Positions 42,151 to 54,237 of a DNA stretch of 64,000 bases are shown one piece after another; within the stretch, counting starts at the first letter, position 1, and every line of letters starts with the position of its first letter. Made by a program: the position numbers and the translations under genes. Source of the DNA: Octopus sinensis (taxonomy: Eukaryota); assembly GCF_006345805.1 (NCBI RefSeq), contig NC_043002.1, positions 75,330,001-75,394,000 on the forward strand, read 5' to 3'. The notes under the pieces were generated by a model. It made no database searches. It saw nothing but the letters and a program-made list of their open reading frames with translations, and had not been told where the DNA came from.

Positions 42151-43930
42151 AAACTCCTGTAGCCTACATTACATTATTGGTTGTGTCTTTCTGTTGCTGT
42201 ACTTCATACATATGCTCATGTTATTGATCGCCTCCAAGAAAAAACATAAAGCAAAAAGGGGGCGGGGAACAATAAGCAAAACCCATGGGGGTCCATGTTC
42301 CTCATCTCAGTCTCCTTCCACTGTTGTTATGGTAGTTTCTGTTCCTTTGAACTTGCCAACTTTATAGTACTTTTCTTTCAACTCCTTCACCTCTTTCCCA
42401 TTATCCTACATAAAGTGTGTTTCATACTCCAGACCCCACTCCCTACCATATTTAAATACTTTGCCTAATTCTTCTTTTTCTCTGGAACCATTTCCACCTG
42501 AAGCACCTCCTCCTCTGAACTCTTCCCATTACAAGTCTTGCCAACCTCTAATCCTCTACAGGTCAAGCTGTAACACTGTCATGTTATCAAAAGACTATCT
42601 TTGAATTTCACTTGGGCCATATTCCAGGCGCTAATATATGTTAATTTTCTTTTGGCATTCCATCATTTCAGTCTGGTTTAGTAAATTAGAAGGGGAAAAA
42701 AAAAAGGTTTAAAAAAAAAGAAAAAAACAAAAGAAAAAAAAAAATTAAGATACTGCAAAGTGATAGGCAAGAATCTTCTAAGGCAAATCTCAGTTGTTCA
42801 AACTGAACTGTAGTTGCACTAGGCTCACTTGTTTATCTCTGTTTCTCAGTCTAGGGCAATGACCTGATAAAGCTCTGCTCACTACTTTTATCTTTGTTCA
42901 GTAATAAATCAAAGAGTTGCGGGGAGTGGGGAACACCAAAAACAAACCAAGAAAAAAAATCCAAGACTATCCATGCATATATGCAAGTGCTTGTACATAT
43001 ATGTTCTTTGGTAGAATTGTAGTTATCTAATGTAGTTAATTATTTAATTAGCTGTTGGTGTAGACTGTAAATAGATAAACTTACACCTTATAAGTTTCAT
43101 AGATCAAATGCTACTAGAGACAGATAGCTTATCCTTTCACCTTTTTAGAGAATTTTATAAAGTACCAGTAAGATTATGAAATCATTGAATTTTTTCCTGT
43201 ATTTCCATGTTGGTCACGAGCATCAGAAAAATGTGAACTTATTCTTTTCTAGTATCTTACCAATTAGTGTCTATCTTTCTATTTATCCATCTTCTAGTTT
43301 TGAATAATACAACATTTGTTAAAACTTCCCCCCTCCTGTGTTATCTTCATTTTGTGTTCATTGCCTAATTTGTATTTCTCCATCTCTCTGTCTCAGTCTC
43401 TTTGTATCTGCCTCTGTCAGTCCATAATGTCTTTCCATCAACCATCCATCCATCCACCCAGCTATCCATATATCTACTCATCCAGCCAACAACCCAACCA
43501 ACCAGTCACCCAACCATCCCTTCCCCTGCATATTCATATTTATGTCTATTTCTCCAATGATAAGTTCGTTTGTCTATATATTGGTTATTGTTCCTATATG
43601 TGTTATCTCTATATTTATGAGGCCTATTGATCTGTATCTGGTCTATTGATCTATCTATTTATCATTCTTTTCCAGTTTGTTTGTATCTATCTACCTGTAC
43701 TGATTCACCTATACCTGTTTATCTGCTATATCAATCTACATATCTACTGCATATGTGTGTGTGTGTGTGTGTGTGTGTGGCTCTGTGGTTAAAAAGTTTG
43801 CTTTGCAACCACATGGTTTCAGGTTCAGTTCCACTTCAGTTCAATTTCACTTGGGCCAGGTGTCTTCTATTATAGCCCCAGGCCAGCCAATGCCTTTGGG
43901 AGGCTTTGGTAAACTGTGTAGAACTCCATC

Positions 43931-43981
<51 letters not shown>

Positions 43982-44153
43982 TATATCATATTTCTTTGTC
44001 TGTGTTTTCATATTTGCGCTTGTCCTTCATCACTTGCCATCCAGTGTGGGTTTGTTTACATCTTCGTAACTCAGTGGCTTGGTAGAAAGACCAACAGTAT
44101 AAATACCAGACTAACGATTCAACCAGCTCTTAATGATAATAATGATAATGATA

Positions 44154-44330
44154 ATCATTTAGCGTCTGTTTTCCATGCTGGTATGGGTTAGACAGTTTGA
44201 CCAGAACTGGTAAACTGAAGAGCTGAACCAGGCTCCAGTCTGATTTTGGTTTGGTTTCTATTGTTGGATGCTCTTCCTAATGCCAACCACTCCACAAGTG
44301 TAGTGGGTGCCTTTTATGTGTCACCGGCAC
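44154..44330 (-). mobile_element. RTE 3'-UTR fragment (minus)
   Basis: TTTAGCGTCTGTTTTCCATGCTGGTATGGG...GGATGCTCTTCCTAATGCCAACCACTCC...GTGGGTGCCTTTTATGTG. Confidence 0.65.
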
Positions 44331-46059
44331 CTTAATTAAAGTGACAGAAGCAGTGTTAATATAAAGAGGTAAAATTTATCACCACTTAAAAGTGTATGTT
44401 GTGTTAGAACATACAATACTGCAATAGTTGCCACAAGATAATCTCTCATGTGGTTCTCTGGTGCATATAAGTACTCTTGCTTATACTCCTAATGGGATAC
44501 TTTCACTACCAATGCTGCTGCCAGAAGTATCATGATAATTGTTTTAATGTCTATTTTTGTCTGTGCTTACATGGGTCAGAAAACACGTTTTTAGGGCAGG
44601 TTTTCTACCGCTGAATGCTCTTCCTGACACCAACCCATCATGTTTACAAGCAAGGTAATAAATACACTCAGCCTTCCTAACAAGAAACGGCTCTAACATC
44701 ACACAATTTTAAATGTGTCTATAATAAATAATGTGAATGTAACAAATGCAGAATATTAGAAAGACTGGTGCTGGATGTGAAAGAAACACGATGCCAAGGA
44801 AAAGTGGGAGGGGATGGAAGATTTTGGTTAATGCTGTGGAACGAAGGATTTCAGTATTTGCTTATTTTGCTACAGTTAATGCCATTATAACAAGAAGAAC
44901 GCGAGAGTTGTATTGGGGATTTTCAAATATTGCTTTAACTAGTTTAAATATTATTTTATTTTCTTTGCTGGAGAGCTGTAAGAATTGTGGTATCGCAAAA
45001 AGGCTTGCTTCATATATTTGTGTTTGTGCATATGTAAAGAGAAAGAGAGAGAAAGTGGTATATGTGTGCTTGTGTATATATACGTGTACATGTATGTATG
45101 CATGTGTGCCTGTATGAATGTGTGTGTATATATATATATATATATATGCACACATACACTTGTGGGTGTGCATACACACATACATTCATATACAAGTTTA
45201 TACACATGTACATACATACACTAGTTTCATGTAATTTCACTTATATATTTTTCTCTCCTGTGTCATCACACAGAGTATACTTATTGTGTCGATGTATAAA
45301 AATCCATGCCTACTCTAAAGCTTGCATTTATTCATTTTTATTCATCTTAATTTCTTTGTTTTTTTTTTTTGTTTTTTTTTTCTTATGAAGAACCATCTTT
45401 GAATTTTAACATCATCTGAATCTAAATGATTGGAACAATAATTTTTATCTGCATTTCTTTTCATTTCATTTCATTTCATTACCTTCTCTTTGCTTTTCTG
45501 TTCAGTCTTTTTTGTTTGTTTGGTTTTTTTTTATACTTGTTTTCTTTCTTTTGTTTGTTCTCCGCCCCCCCTTCTTTTTCTCCTTTTCATTTCACCATTG
45601 TATGTATCTAAATATCAAATAAATTTCTGGCTTATTAATTCATATACTTGAGAATATATTATGTAAAACTGATATTTTTAAAGTGCTCTTTGTTGGACTG
45701 TACTCAGATCTAGACATCTCAAGTGCGTATCTCAATACATTATGCACATATACAACCAATGCAGCAGCAGCAGCATCATCATCATCCTAACTTTCATCGT
45801 CATCATCTCCATCATCGTCATCATTATTATTTTCATCACTTGATACATGCTTAGGTTTTCTTTTCTTTTTTTTTTCTCTTTCATTTTCATGTTTTTACCT
45901 TCTTTTTTTTTTTCTTCCAGTCCATTAATTTTTAGTACAGAAATACTTTTAGTTTCTTTACATATTCATCCCCCCACTCTTACCCACATGTATAAAAATA
46001 TATGGCTGAGATATATCTGCACACACATTCTTTTTATAAGATATTTATATTTTTTGTAC

Positions 46060-46432
<373 letters not shown>

Positions 46433-47511
46433 GTATATTCTCAATTTGTTCTCAACTCCAAAGAAAATGAATACATACAAAGATAAAATCTTGTGTGTGT
46501 ATAATATGTACATATAGTTACACATTTCAAGAAAGTAATGCAGATGGCAGCTATTTTCTCTATGGCAGCCATTTCAAATATGTCTACATTGTAATTGTTA
46601 TAATTGTTATTACTTCTACTAAGGAAAAAACAAAACAAAAAAAGACAATACAAGGCAAGCACATTGACATTTACAGGGCAAGCCAACATTTCATTGGTTG
46701 CACAGTCATGTGACAAGGTGTACAGGAGAGTAGATCAAACTTAGGTACCTTTTCCCCACTGTCTTCAGGTCAGATTATTATTATTATATTATTTAGCCTC
46801 TCAGCTTGGTATAAAGCCACCTCCCCTTTCCTTGCCCACCCACTCAGTCCTGGAGTCTTTTCTCTTTCCTACTGTTTTTGGTCTTATGATCTATTTGGCA
46901 ACCTCACTTGTGCTAGTGGCATGGAAAAAAGCACACTGTACATTCTAATGTGGTTGGCGTTAGTTAAGGCATCCAGCTGTAGAAAATAAGCCAAAGCTGA
47001 CTGTAGAGCTCAGTGTGTTCCTTCACCTGGCCTGATCCAGTCAAATTGTCCAACCCATGCTGGCATGGAAAAGGATATTAAATGATCTACCAAACCAATT
47101 TTGTACCATATTTTCTTTTGCTTCATCGGTTTAATTTTGTTATAAACTCTGCATTTTTACCCTACATGTGTGTTCTAGTTCACTGTATAAACAATTTCAT
47201 TGATTTATAATATGGGTGTCACCTGTGACTCCCATGGTATCCAATGGATATTATTATCATATTCATTCTGTGTTGCAAGAGTCACCAGCGATATACATGT
47301 TAAAAAGTGTTTGTCCATTATACCTCCATTTTATGAATTTTTGTCTCAAGTTCATTGAAATTATGCTATATTCCCTGCAATGCAGCAGTTTGGCACAAGT
47401 ACCAAAGCTAAAAATAAGCAACTGAGGTTAATTTGTTTAACTAAATCTGCTCAAGGCAGTGCCCCAGTATGGCCACAATCCAACGACCAAAACAAATAAA
47501 AGATAAAAGAT

Positions 47512-47675
47512 AGGCGCAGAAGTGGCTGTGTGGTAAGTAGCTTGCTTACCAACCACATGGTTCCGGGTTCAGTCCCACTGCATGGCATCTTGGGCAAGTG
47601 TCTTCTACTATAGCCTCAGGCCGACCAAAGCCTTGTGAGTGGATTTGGTAGACGGAAACTGAAAGAAACCTGTCG

Positions 47676-47729
<54 letters not shown>

Positions 47730-47916
47730 TGTCCCCCTAGCATTGCTTGACAACTGATGCTGGTGTGTTTACGTCGCCGTCACTTAGCGGTTCGGCAAAA
47801 GAGACCGATAGAATAAGTACTGGGCTTACAAAAAATAAGTCCCGGGGTCGATTTGCTCGACTAAAGGCGGTGCTCCAGCATGGCCGCTGTCAAATGACTG
47901 AAACAAGTAAAAGAGT
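47512..47916 (+). mobile_element. Full-length tRNA-headed SINE (family A), young copy
   Basis: A-box-like TGGCTGTGTGG and B-box-like GGTTCAGTCCC. Body CTTGGGCAAGTGTCTTCTACTATAGCC...GGATTTGGTAGACGGAAACTGAAAGA, central (TA)n(TG)n, tail GGCCGCTGTCAAATGACTGAAACAAGTAAAAGA. It directly follows the tail of an older copy (~47390-47510). Confidence 0.9.
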
Positions 47917-48569
47917 ATATTGAATAATAGTAGTGATATTCATCATCACTGTAGTTCTTATCTGTCTGCATCAGGAATCTGTTTTAGCATGTGTGCAAGA
48001 TAGCACAAGACCTAAGTGTTAACAAAAAATAATAAGGTTTCATTGTTTTGATGAATGTTGTATATTGTTACATTGGCTAATGCAAGAAGCTTCAATAGAT
48101 TACTTCTGTATCTCACGGCCTGTCCAATTAGTGAGTGCTTCTTTCTGAGATTCTCTATGTCTCCATCATTTTCTTGCCACCATACTAGTGATATCTTTAA
48201 CAGCTCTGAAGCAGTGGTTCCTCACCATTTCTGGTTTTGTTGCATACTGGAGATTAAGTAAATAAATAATATATGCATTGACAATTAAATAAAACTGTTA
48301 TAAAGTTAAAATCTTGAAAAGAAAAAAATATAGGAAACTATTGCTTACCTCAGTGGTTCTCATTTCTTTTTCATGCTTTATATATGTATATATATATATA
48401 TATATATATACATACAAAATATGAGGGTTTAGTTCACAGGTGATCTGAACGACTAGAAATGCTGGGTAAGTGGTGTAACAGATTACCAGGGCTCCAAGGT
48501 CATAGCCAAGACAGGAGTTATGGAACCATTGTAGATTTCTGATATAGAGGATATATATTTGCTAAAGAG

Positions 48570-48800
48570 GATAACAAACATTAAGGCAAGACAAACATCT
48601 CAAGTCATATACATTATTATTATTGGAAAAATTCAAAGTCTTACAGTTGTTTCTGGGATATTCCATCATCAGAGACAGATAGGGAAAACGTGAGGGGTAG
48701 AGATTAATGAAACGATGACATAGAGGACAGGAGAAAGGGAATAAAGAAATGAAGAAAAAGAGGAACAAAGGAAAAGAGGGAAAAAGAAGCATAAAAGTTC
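48570..48800 (-). mobile_element. Probable Penelope-like pseudo-LTR remnant carrying the hammerhead
   Basis: Non-coding segment around the hammerhead, pyrimidine-rich 5' of it on the minus strand. No RT or GIY-YIG ORF is visible. Boundaries are inferred. Confidence 0.45.
48638..48676 (-). ncRNA. Minimal type I hammerhead ribozyme (Penelope-like pseudo-LTR type)
   Basis: Minus strand reads GTCT-CTGATGA-TGG-AATATC-CCA-GAAAC-AACT-GTA-AGAC. This gives stem I GTCT/AGAC, intact core boxes CUGAUGA and GAAA, a 3-bp stem II, a near-palindromic stem III (AC-AACT-GT; canonical ACAGCTGT) and a GUA cleavage triplet. It matches the minimal hammerhead architecture known from Penelope-like elements. Confidence 0.75.
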
Positions 48801-48869
48801 ACAGTTCAACTTTCTGATAGTGTAGATGTTAGTCCATAAGTCCTGAGGTGCAATCCTGTGTAAATAAAG

Positions 48870-49068
48870 CACTGGTGATGGTGTCAACACAAAAAGCACC
48901 CAGTACATTTGGTAAAGTGGCTGGCGTTAGGAAGGGCATCCAGCTGTAGAAACCAAGCTAAAACAGACTATGGAACCTGGTGTGGCCCCTGGCCTTGCCA
49001 GTTCCTGTCAAGCCATCTGACCCATACCAGCATGGAAACATACATTAAGGGTCGATAAGTTGATGATG
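48870..49068 (+). mobile_element. RTE 3'-UTR fragment
   Basis: AAAAGCACCCAGTAC...GGCGTTAGGAAGGGCATCCAGCTGTAGAAACC...CCCATACCAGCATGGAA, followed by a degenerate GAT tail. Confidence 0.65.
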
Positions 49069-49168
49069 CTTTTATAGCACACTGGAGATCACTTAAAAAC
49101 AGGAAGCTTGTATCATAGTGATGGTTGGTTGATATTAAGAGTTCAGTTATTGTGAAGATATTTACTAC

Positions 49169-49608
49169 AGGTGCAGGACTGGCTGTGTGGTAAGAAGCTT
49201 GCTTCTCAACCACATGGTTCTGGGTTCAGTCCCACTGCGTGGTATCATAAACATGTGCCTTCTACTATAGTCTCAAGCCAGCCAAAGCCTTGTGAATAGA
49301 TTTGGTTCACAGAAACTGAAACAAGCCCGTCGTATATCTATGTGTGTGTGTGTGTGTGAGAGAGAGAGAGTATGTTTGTGTGTCTGTGTTAGTCCCCCCA
49401 CCACCACTATCGCTTGACAACCAATGTTGGTGTGCTTATATCTCTATAACTTAAGCGGTTCAGCAAAAGACACCGATAGAATAAGTACTAGGTTTACAAA
49501 GAATAAGTCCTGTGGTTGATTTGCTCGACTAAAGGCGGTGCTCCAGCATGGTTGCAGTCGAATGACTGAAACAAGTAAAAGAATTAAAAAAAAAAAAAAG
49601 AAAAGAAT
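49169..49608 (+). mobile_element. Full-length SINE family A
   Basis: Same head, body, central (TG)n(AG)n and tail, with an A-rich 3' end. Confidence 0.9.
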
Positions 49609-50046
49609 ATATTAAAAAAGCTAGCTAGAAGTAGGTAAGTGGTGAGGGTGGAAAAATATTAATCAATGACTAATACTATTTTTTCATTTTCCTCTCACAA
49701 ATATGAGAGATCACTCCAGTTATGTTTAAGCTTTATTCTGACCTTCTTAGTGAGCCATTTAGTTCACCACACTTGAAAACAAAAAAACGGCTTACGCATA
49801 AATGAACAAAATCATAACCAAATCATTCTTTATTCAGCCTTCTATCCATGGTTAATATCTTGTGTGCATGGGGGAAGGTCGTAGTTTTGTTCTTTTTTTT
49901 TTAAAATAAATTTAGACAATGATCCGTGAAAATACACACATTATATTACACAAATAGATAAACTGTACATTTTTATTAAGCTTCTTCCTTTCTTTTACTT
50001 CATACTAGTTTCCACATCAGAAAGCTTATTATTTTAGACCAGCACC

Positions 50047-50183
50047 ATGCTACTGCTGCTGCTGCTACTACTACTACCACCACCACCACCACCACCGCCA
50101 CCACATTATTACTACTACTACTACCACCACATTACTACTACTACTACCACATTACTACTATACTACTACTACTACCACCACAT

Positions 50184-50219
<36 letters not shown>

Positions 50220-50227
50220 TACCACAT

Positions 50228-50260
<33 letters not shown>

Positions 50261-50336
50261 ATTACTACTACTACTACTACCACTACCATCACCACATTAC
50301 TACTACTACTACTACTAGCACCACACCACCACCACC

Positions 50337-50380
<44 letters not shown>

Positions 50381-50400
50381 CAGTACCACACTACTACTGC
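50047..50400. repeat. Mixed (ACT)n/(ACC)n trinucleotide array
   Basis: Alternating CTA and CCA runs with a recurring CACATTA junction; it explains the poly-L/P/Y/T ORF. Confidence 0.95.
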
Positions 50401-51017
50401 TGGAGCCGAACTGAAAAATTACCTGCAAAGAAATCCTTGAGATTAAAGCTATTTTATTCCTCTCTTGGGTCTTATATTCAATTAGTGCAATCGTATACAC
50501 ATTTGTTGTTTAGCATCAGGTGCAGTTTCACTGCACATTTCTGTGTTTGCACTGTGCCAACACAGTAAAAGCAAAGTAATGATTATCACAGAAGTGTGTG
50601 TGTGTGTGTGTGAATACAACAAACTAAAAGTACTTAATTTACACTCTTCGTCTCAGTAGACATATTACTTGCATTAGTAATACTTATTGTATTCCTTTTC
50701 AATGAAAGCCTTTCTATGAGTGAGTGAGTGAGTGAGGGAGGGGGGAGAGAAGGTGGGTGCTAGATGGGGGAGGAGGGGGGTTCTTTTTTTTTTTTTTTAT
50801 TAATTACCTTGTATTTATTTGGAGTGGGCAGCTTCTAGTTGTAGTTACTTGCCTTTTCTTAACGAGCTAATAGTGGCTATTCAGTTCACTGGGTCTTAAA
50901 TTGCTTTGTTTAATTGACTATGTAGTTACCACTGTGATTAAAGTTGTTTTGTGTTTATTCCTGTTTTTGTCTTTTTGTTTTCTGTTTCACTTTGGTATGT
51001 AGTGTTAGAGAATACTC

Positions 51018-51056
<39 letters not shown>

Positions 51057-52899
51057 TACTGTTATTTATTGTTGTTAGTGTTACAGGGTGGAGGTTGTTA
51101 TCAACAACAGTAATAAATGTTAGTAATTTCCTTATGATAATTATGATAATTTCTCCTGATTACTGAAGTGTTATGATGGGGAGAGAGAGAGAAAGAGAGA
51201 GAGAGATTAATTGGCTATATATTCCTGGCAGAACAGCTTTATATTTCTGAAGGTATTCCACTAAATAAATATCTAAGCTGTGAAAAATTCTCTGGAGGCA
51301 GTTTTGGTTTGGTGTGTGTGTGTGTGGTGTGGTGAATGAGAGAGAGAGAAAGGGGGAGCTAACCCTTCTCATATCACACCACATTGTGTCTTCGTCTTAT
51401 GGGGGGTGAGAAATTGACGGGTAATGGCATGGCACCAGTGGCAGTCTGTGTGTGTGTAGGGAGAAGGTGAGGTGAGGTGAGGTGTTCTTACATATGTTTC
51501 TGTTACAGCATCAAAGCTAATGCTGAGGAATTTTAGAAGCTTGTGCTCTCAAAGAACTAGCTTGTTTGCACTGGATCTTCTTTAATTGTCTCTAGTCAAA
51601 TTAGTCATCCGTGGCCACTTGACTTGGTTTTCATCTCTTGGTTTCTCATTTCGCTTCTTTCGCTCTTTTCTCTCTCTCTCTCTACCTCTTACTGAAAACA
51701 GATATGAAAATCATAAAAGCATTAAAAAATAACAGCAACAACAACATCAACAATACCGGCAAAAGTAGCAACAAGCTAAAAAGTCATTAATTTCTTTACA
51801 TATTTTGTTCTTTGCCTGTATGAAATTTATCTGTCATAAAAGAGTCCCATTAACAATATAGAAATGGCCCTCTGCCAGTGAACTGGAACTAATATATACC
51901 ATAAACACTGGCAGCTACAGGAATTGTTAAATTAAAATTAGTCATATTCTTCGCTCTCACCCAATGGACTCAAGTTAAGATGAAAGCCAAGCTTTTCTTC
52001 TTTTTAAAACATGTTTTGCTGAATCTGGCAGCTTTCTGCACTCTATTGCATCCTCTTCTTTCCTTTTCTTTTTCTTCCTATGTATGTGTGTGTTCAGGCC
52101 TATACAGAAACTTAGATAAGTCTCTTTTTTTTTTGCTTGTTCTTTTTTATGTTTAGATATTAAGGACTAATTCTTTTTTTTTGTATTTATTCCTTTTTTT
52201 GTTTTACATTATTCCTATCCATTTTACATAGACGATCTTTTTTTATATATTCCATTCATACACACAAGGACAGAGAAAGGACCTCTGTATTATAAACCAT
52301 CAAAATACTCTAGCAGTAAGAAAACTGGAGGATATTTTTTAGTACCTATGAGAAATAGATAGAAATTAAAGGTAAAAGCCTCGGCCAAATGGCAAAGAGT
52401 ACCTTACAGTATTTGTCCTCCTCTGTGCACTCTGAGTTTAGACCCCACTAACGTCATCTTAGCCATTCATCCATCGCTGGATTCAGCAAATAAACTACCA
52501 ACCCTGGTAGTTGGTGGATTGGCCAAAAACTATTAGAGCTCTTGCAGTCTTCCATGTCTTTGTGTCCTTCATCACACATTTGTCAGCTTCAACAGCTGTC
52601 TTTCTTTTGGGCTTATTTGAAGCAGGCTCTCTTTGTTTTTCTCTCTCCCAGGTATTCTTCTTATCTAACCCTTTTTACATTTTAACTGGCCATATCTGGC
52701 CCGAATATTCTACTTGTTTTATGTTCAAACCAGCCAGATCTAGCTTCTCACACCTATCCCACAATGTCACTCTAAAACTAAGTAATTAGATTATCGAAAG
52801 CTCAAAGCTACGAGATAATGCATGATTAATTAAAAACAGTGTCATTAAATAAGCCATTACATTTTTGATAGCGTAATCCAAATACTAATGGGTTAAGCC

Positions 52900-53300
52900 A
52901 TCTCTTGTTTTGGTATGTCTATTCTTCTATATTTTTTTAATGACAAGTGCACAATTATCATTCTGTACACTCTTCTCTCCAACAATGTTTCATTTTCTCC
53001 CTTCCAGTACACAGTTTTGCAATCCAGAACATCTTGTGTCTTTGATTTCTGCATTGCAGAACATGTTTAAGCCTCAAGAATACTGTGTTTTGCTTCTTTT
53101 CTTGCTGCTTGGTACTGTTCTTTGCTGCTTCCCTTCTGCCAATCTTTCCAAGCCTGTAGCTTAGCTTTTCTCCTCTAATTCCCAGTACTTTTCAACCACT
53201 ATGTCACCTTCTGTTTCATTAGAACCGTGCACCAATCACAGATCTCATCAGTAGCACCCAGCTAGTTGTCTCTTAGAAAGTCCTAGTTGCCCATTGTTAG
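52900..53300 (-). mobile_element. Degraded RTE-clade LINE ORF fragment (region between APE and RT)
   Basis: Minus-strand translation with stops and frameshifts: DFLRDN*LGATDEICDWCTVLMKQKVT*W / KLQAWKDWQKGSSKEQYQAARKEAKHSILEA / NIVGEKSVQNDNCAL. This resembles RTE motifs as recalled (ATDQICGW..KVTWWWN, AWKDWK.GS.E.Y..AR.EA, DIVGEKCV.ND.G.L). Confidence 0.7.
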
Positions 53301-53751
53301 ACACACACACAAAAACATTTTTATACGTACATACATATATGATTTAAACGTTTTTATTAGTAGACAAATATGTATACCTGCTTTTTATGTAAGTACTTCA
53401 GGCTAGTCATTTGTCAAAATGCTAACTAAACCACCACCCCTCACACACACATATAACTTCTAGTCTTTTATTTCAATTTTTGTTTTCTTTCGTCTTTATT
53501 TTCTGTCTGTCTTATCTTCTCACGCACTTAACTCATAAATTATCCATTGAGAACAGATTGAAGTATTGTTTGACTATATATACTTTCAACAAGAGTAACA
53601 TCAGTGGGGTGACCTAACATCAACCTGTCTTGGACTCACATTTGCTGCTGCGGCTGTGATGTGTTGAGATTGACAACAAATGAATGAAATGTGCATTACA
53701 TTGCATATCCCTATTAAAGTGATTTTACTTCACAGACTCCTTCCCATCACT

Positions 53752-53784
<33 letters not shown>

Positions 53785-54025
53785 TTTTTATCTGTGACTC
53801 TGCAGCAAGAAAGAAAATGTGTCTCTGTCTGTCACTTTGTAATATTTCTTTTTGAGGTTAAATGAAATTAATCTTACCCAAAACATCTATCCCATGTCTA
53901 TTTCGTACTGTATATGTTTCTTACATGTCATAACACCCATGTTATAAGTTAATTGGTATCCTTTTTTTTTTCATTGTTGTATCCCTTCTTTGTTTTTAAC
54001 GTTTTATTCTTCATTTCTTTCTTAA

Positions 54026-54237
54026 ACCTTTTGACACCAACCTACCTGAGACCGACCCTGATTCCATGATACAAACTACTTGTTTAAAGTGACCTAAATT
54101 AAAACTTTCCAGTAAAACCTCATGTTAATTTATGTTCCAAACATCGGCTTAATAATGACAGTTATTTTACCAAATTCTTCATTATTATTACAATTAATTG
54201 AAACAAAAGTTTTAACAGGAACATGGTAGCAAAAGGG
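54026..54237. mobile_element. piggyBac-type MITE, diverged relative of 61463-61685 in opposite orientation
   Basis: TTAA at 54022-54025 and 54238-54241. Ends are ACCTTTTGACACC and GGTAGCAAAAGGG. Internal blocks (e.g. GTTATTTTACCAAATTCTT, AATTAATTGA) are colinear with the reverse complement of the 61463 copy. Confidence 0.75.

Noticed and set aside
47512-47585. tRNA-like A/B boxes at SINE heads
   Set aside because: They continue into SINE bodies and do not form cloverleafs, so they are not tRNA genes.
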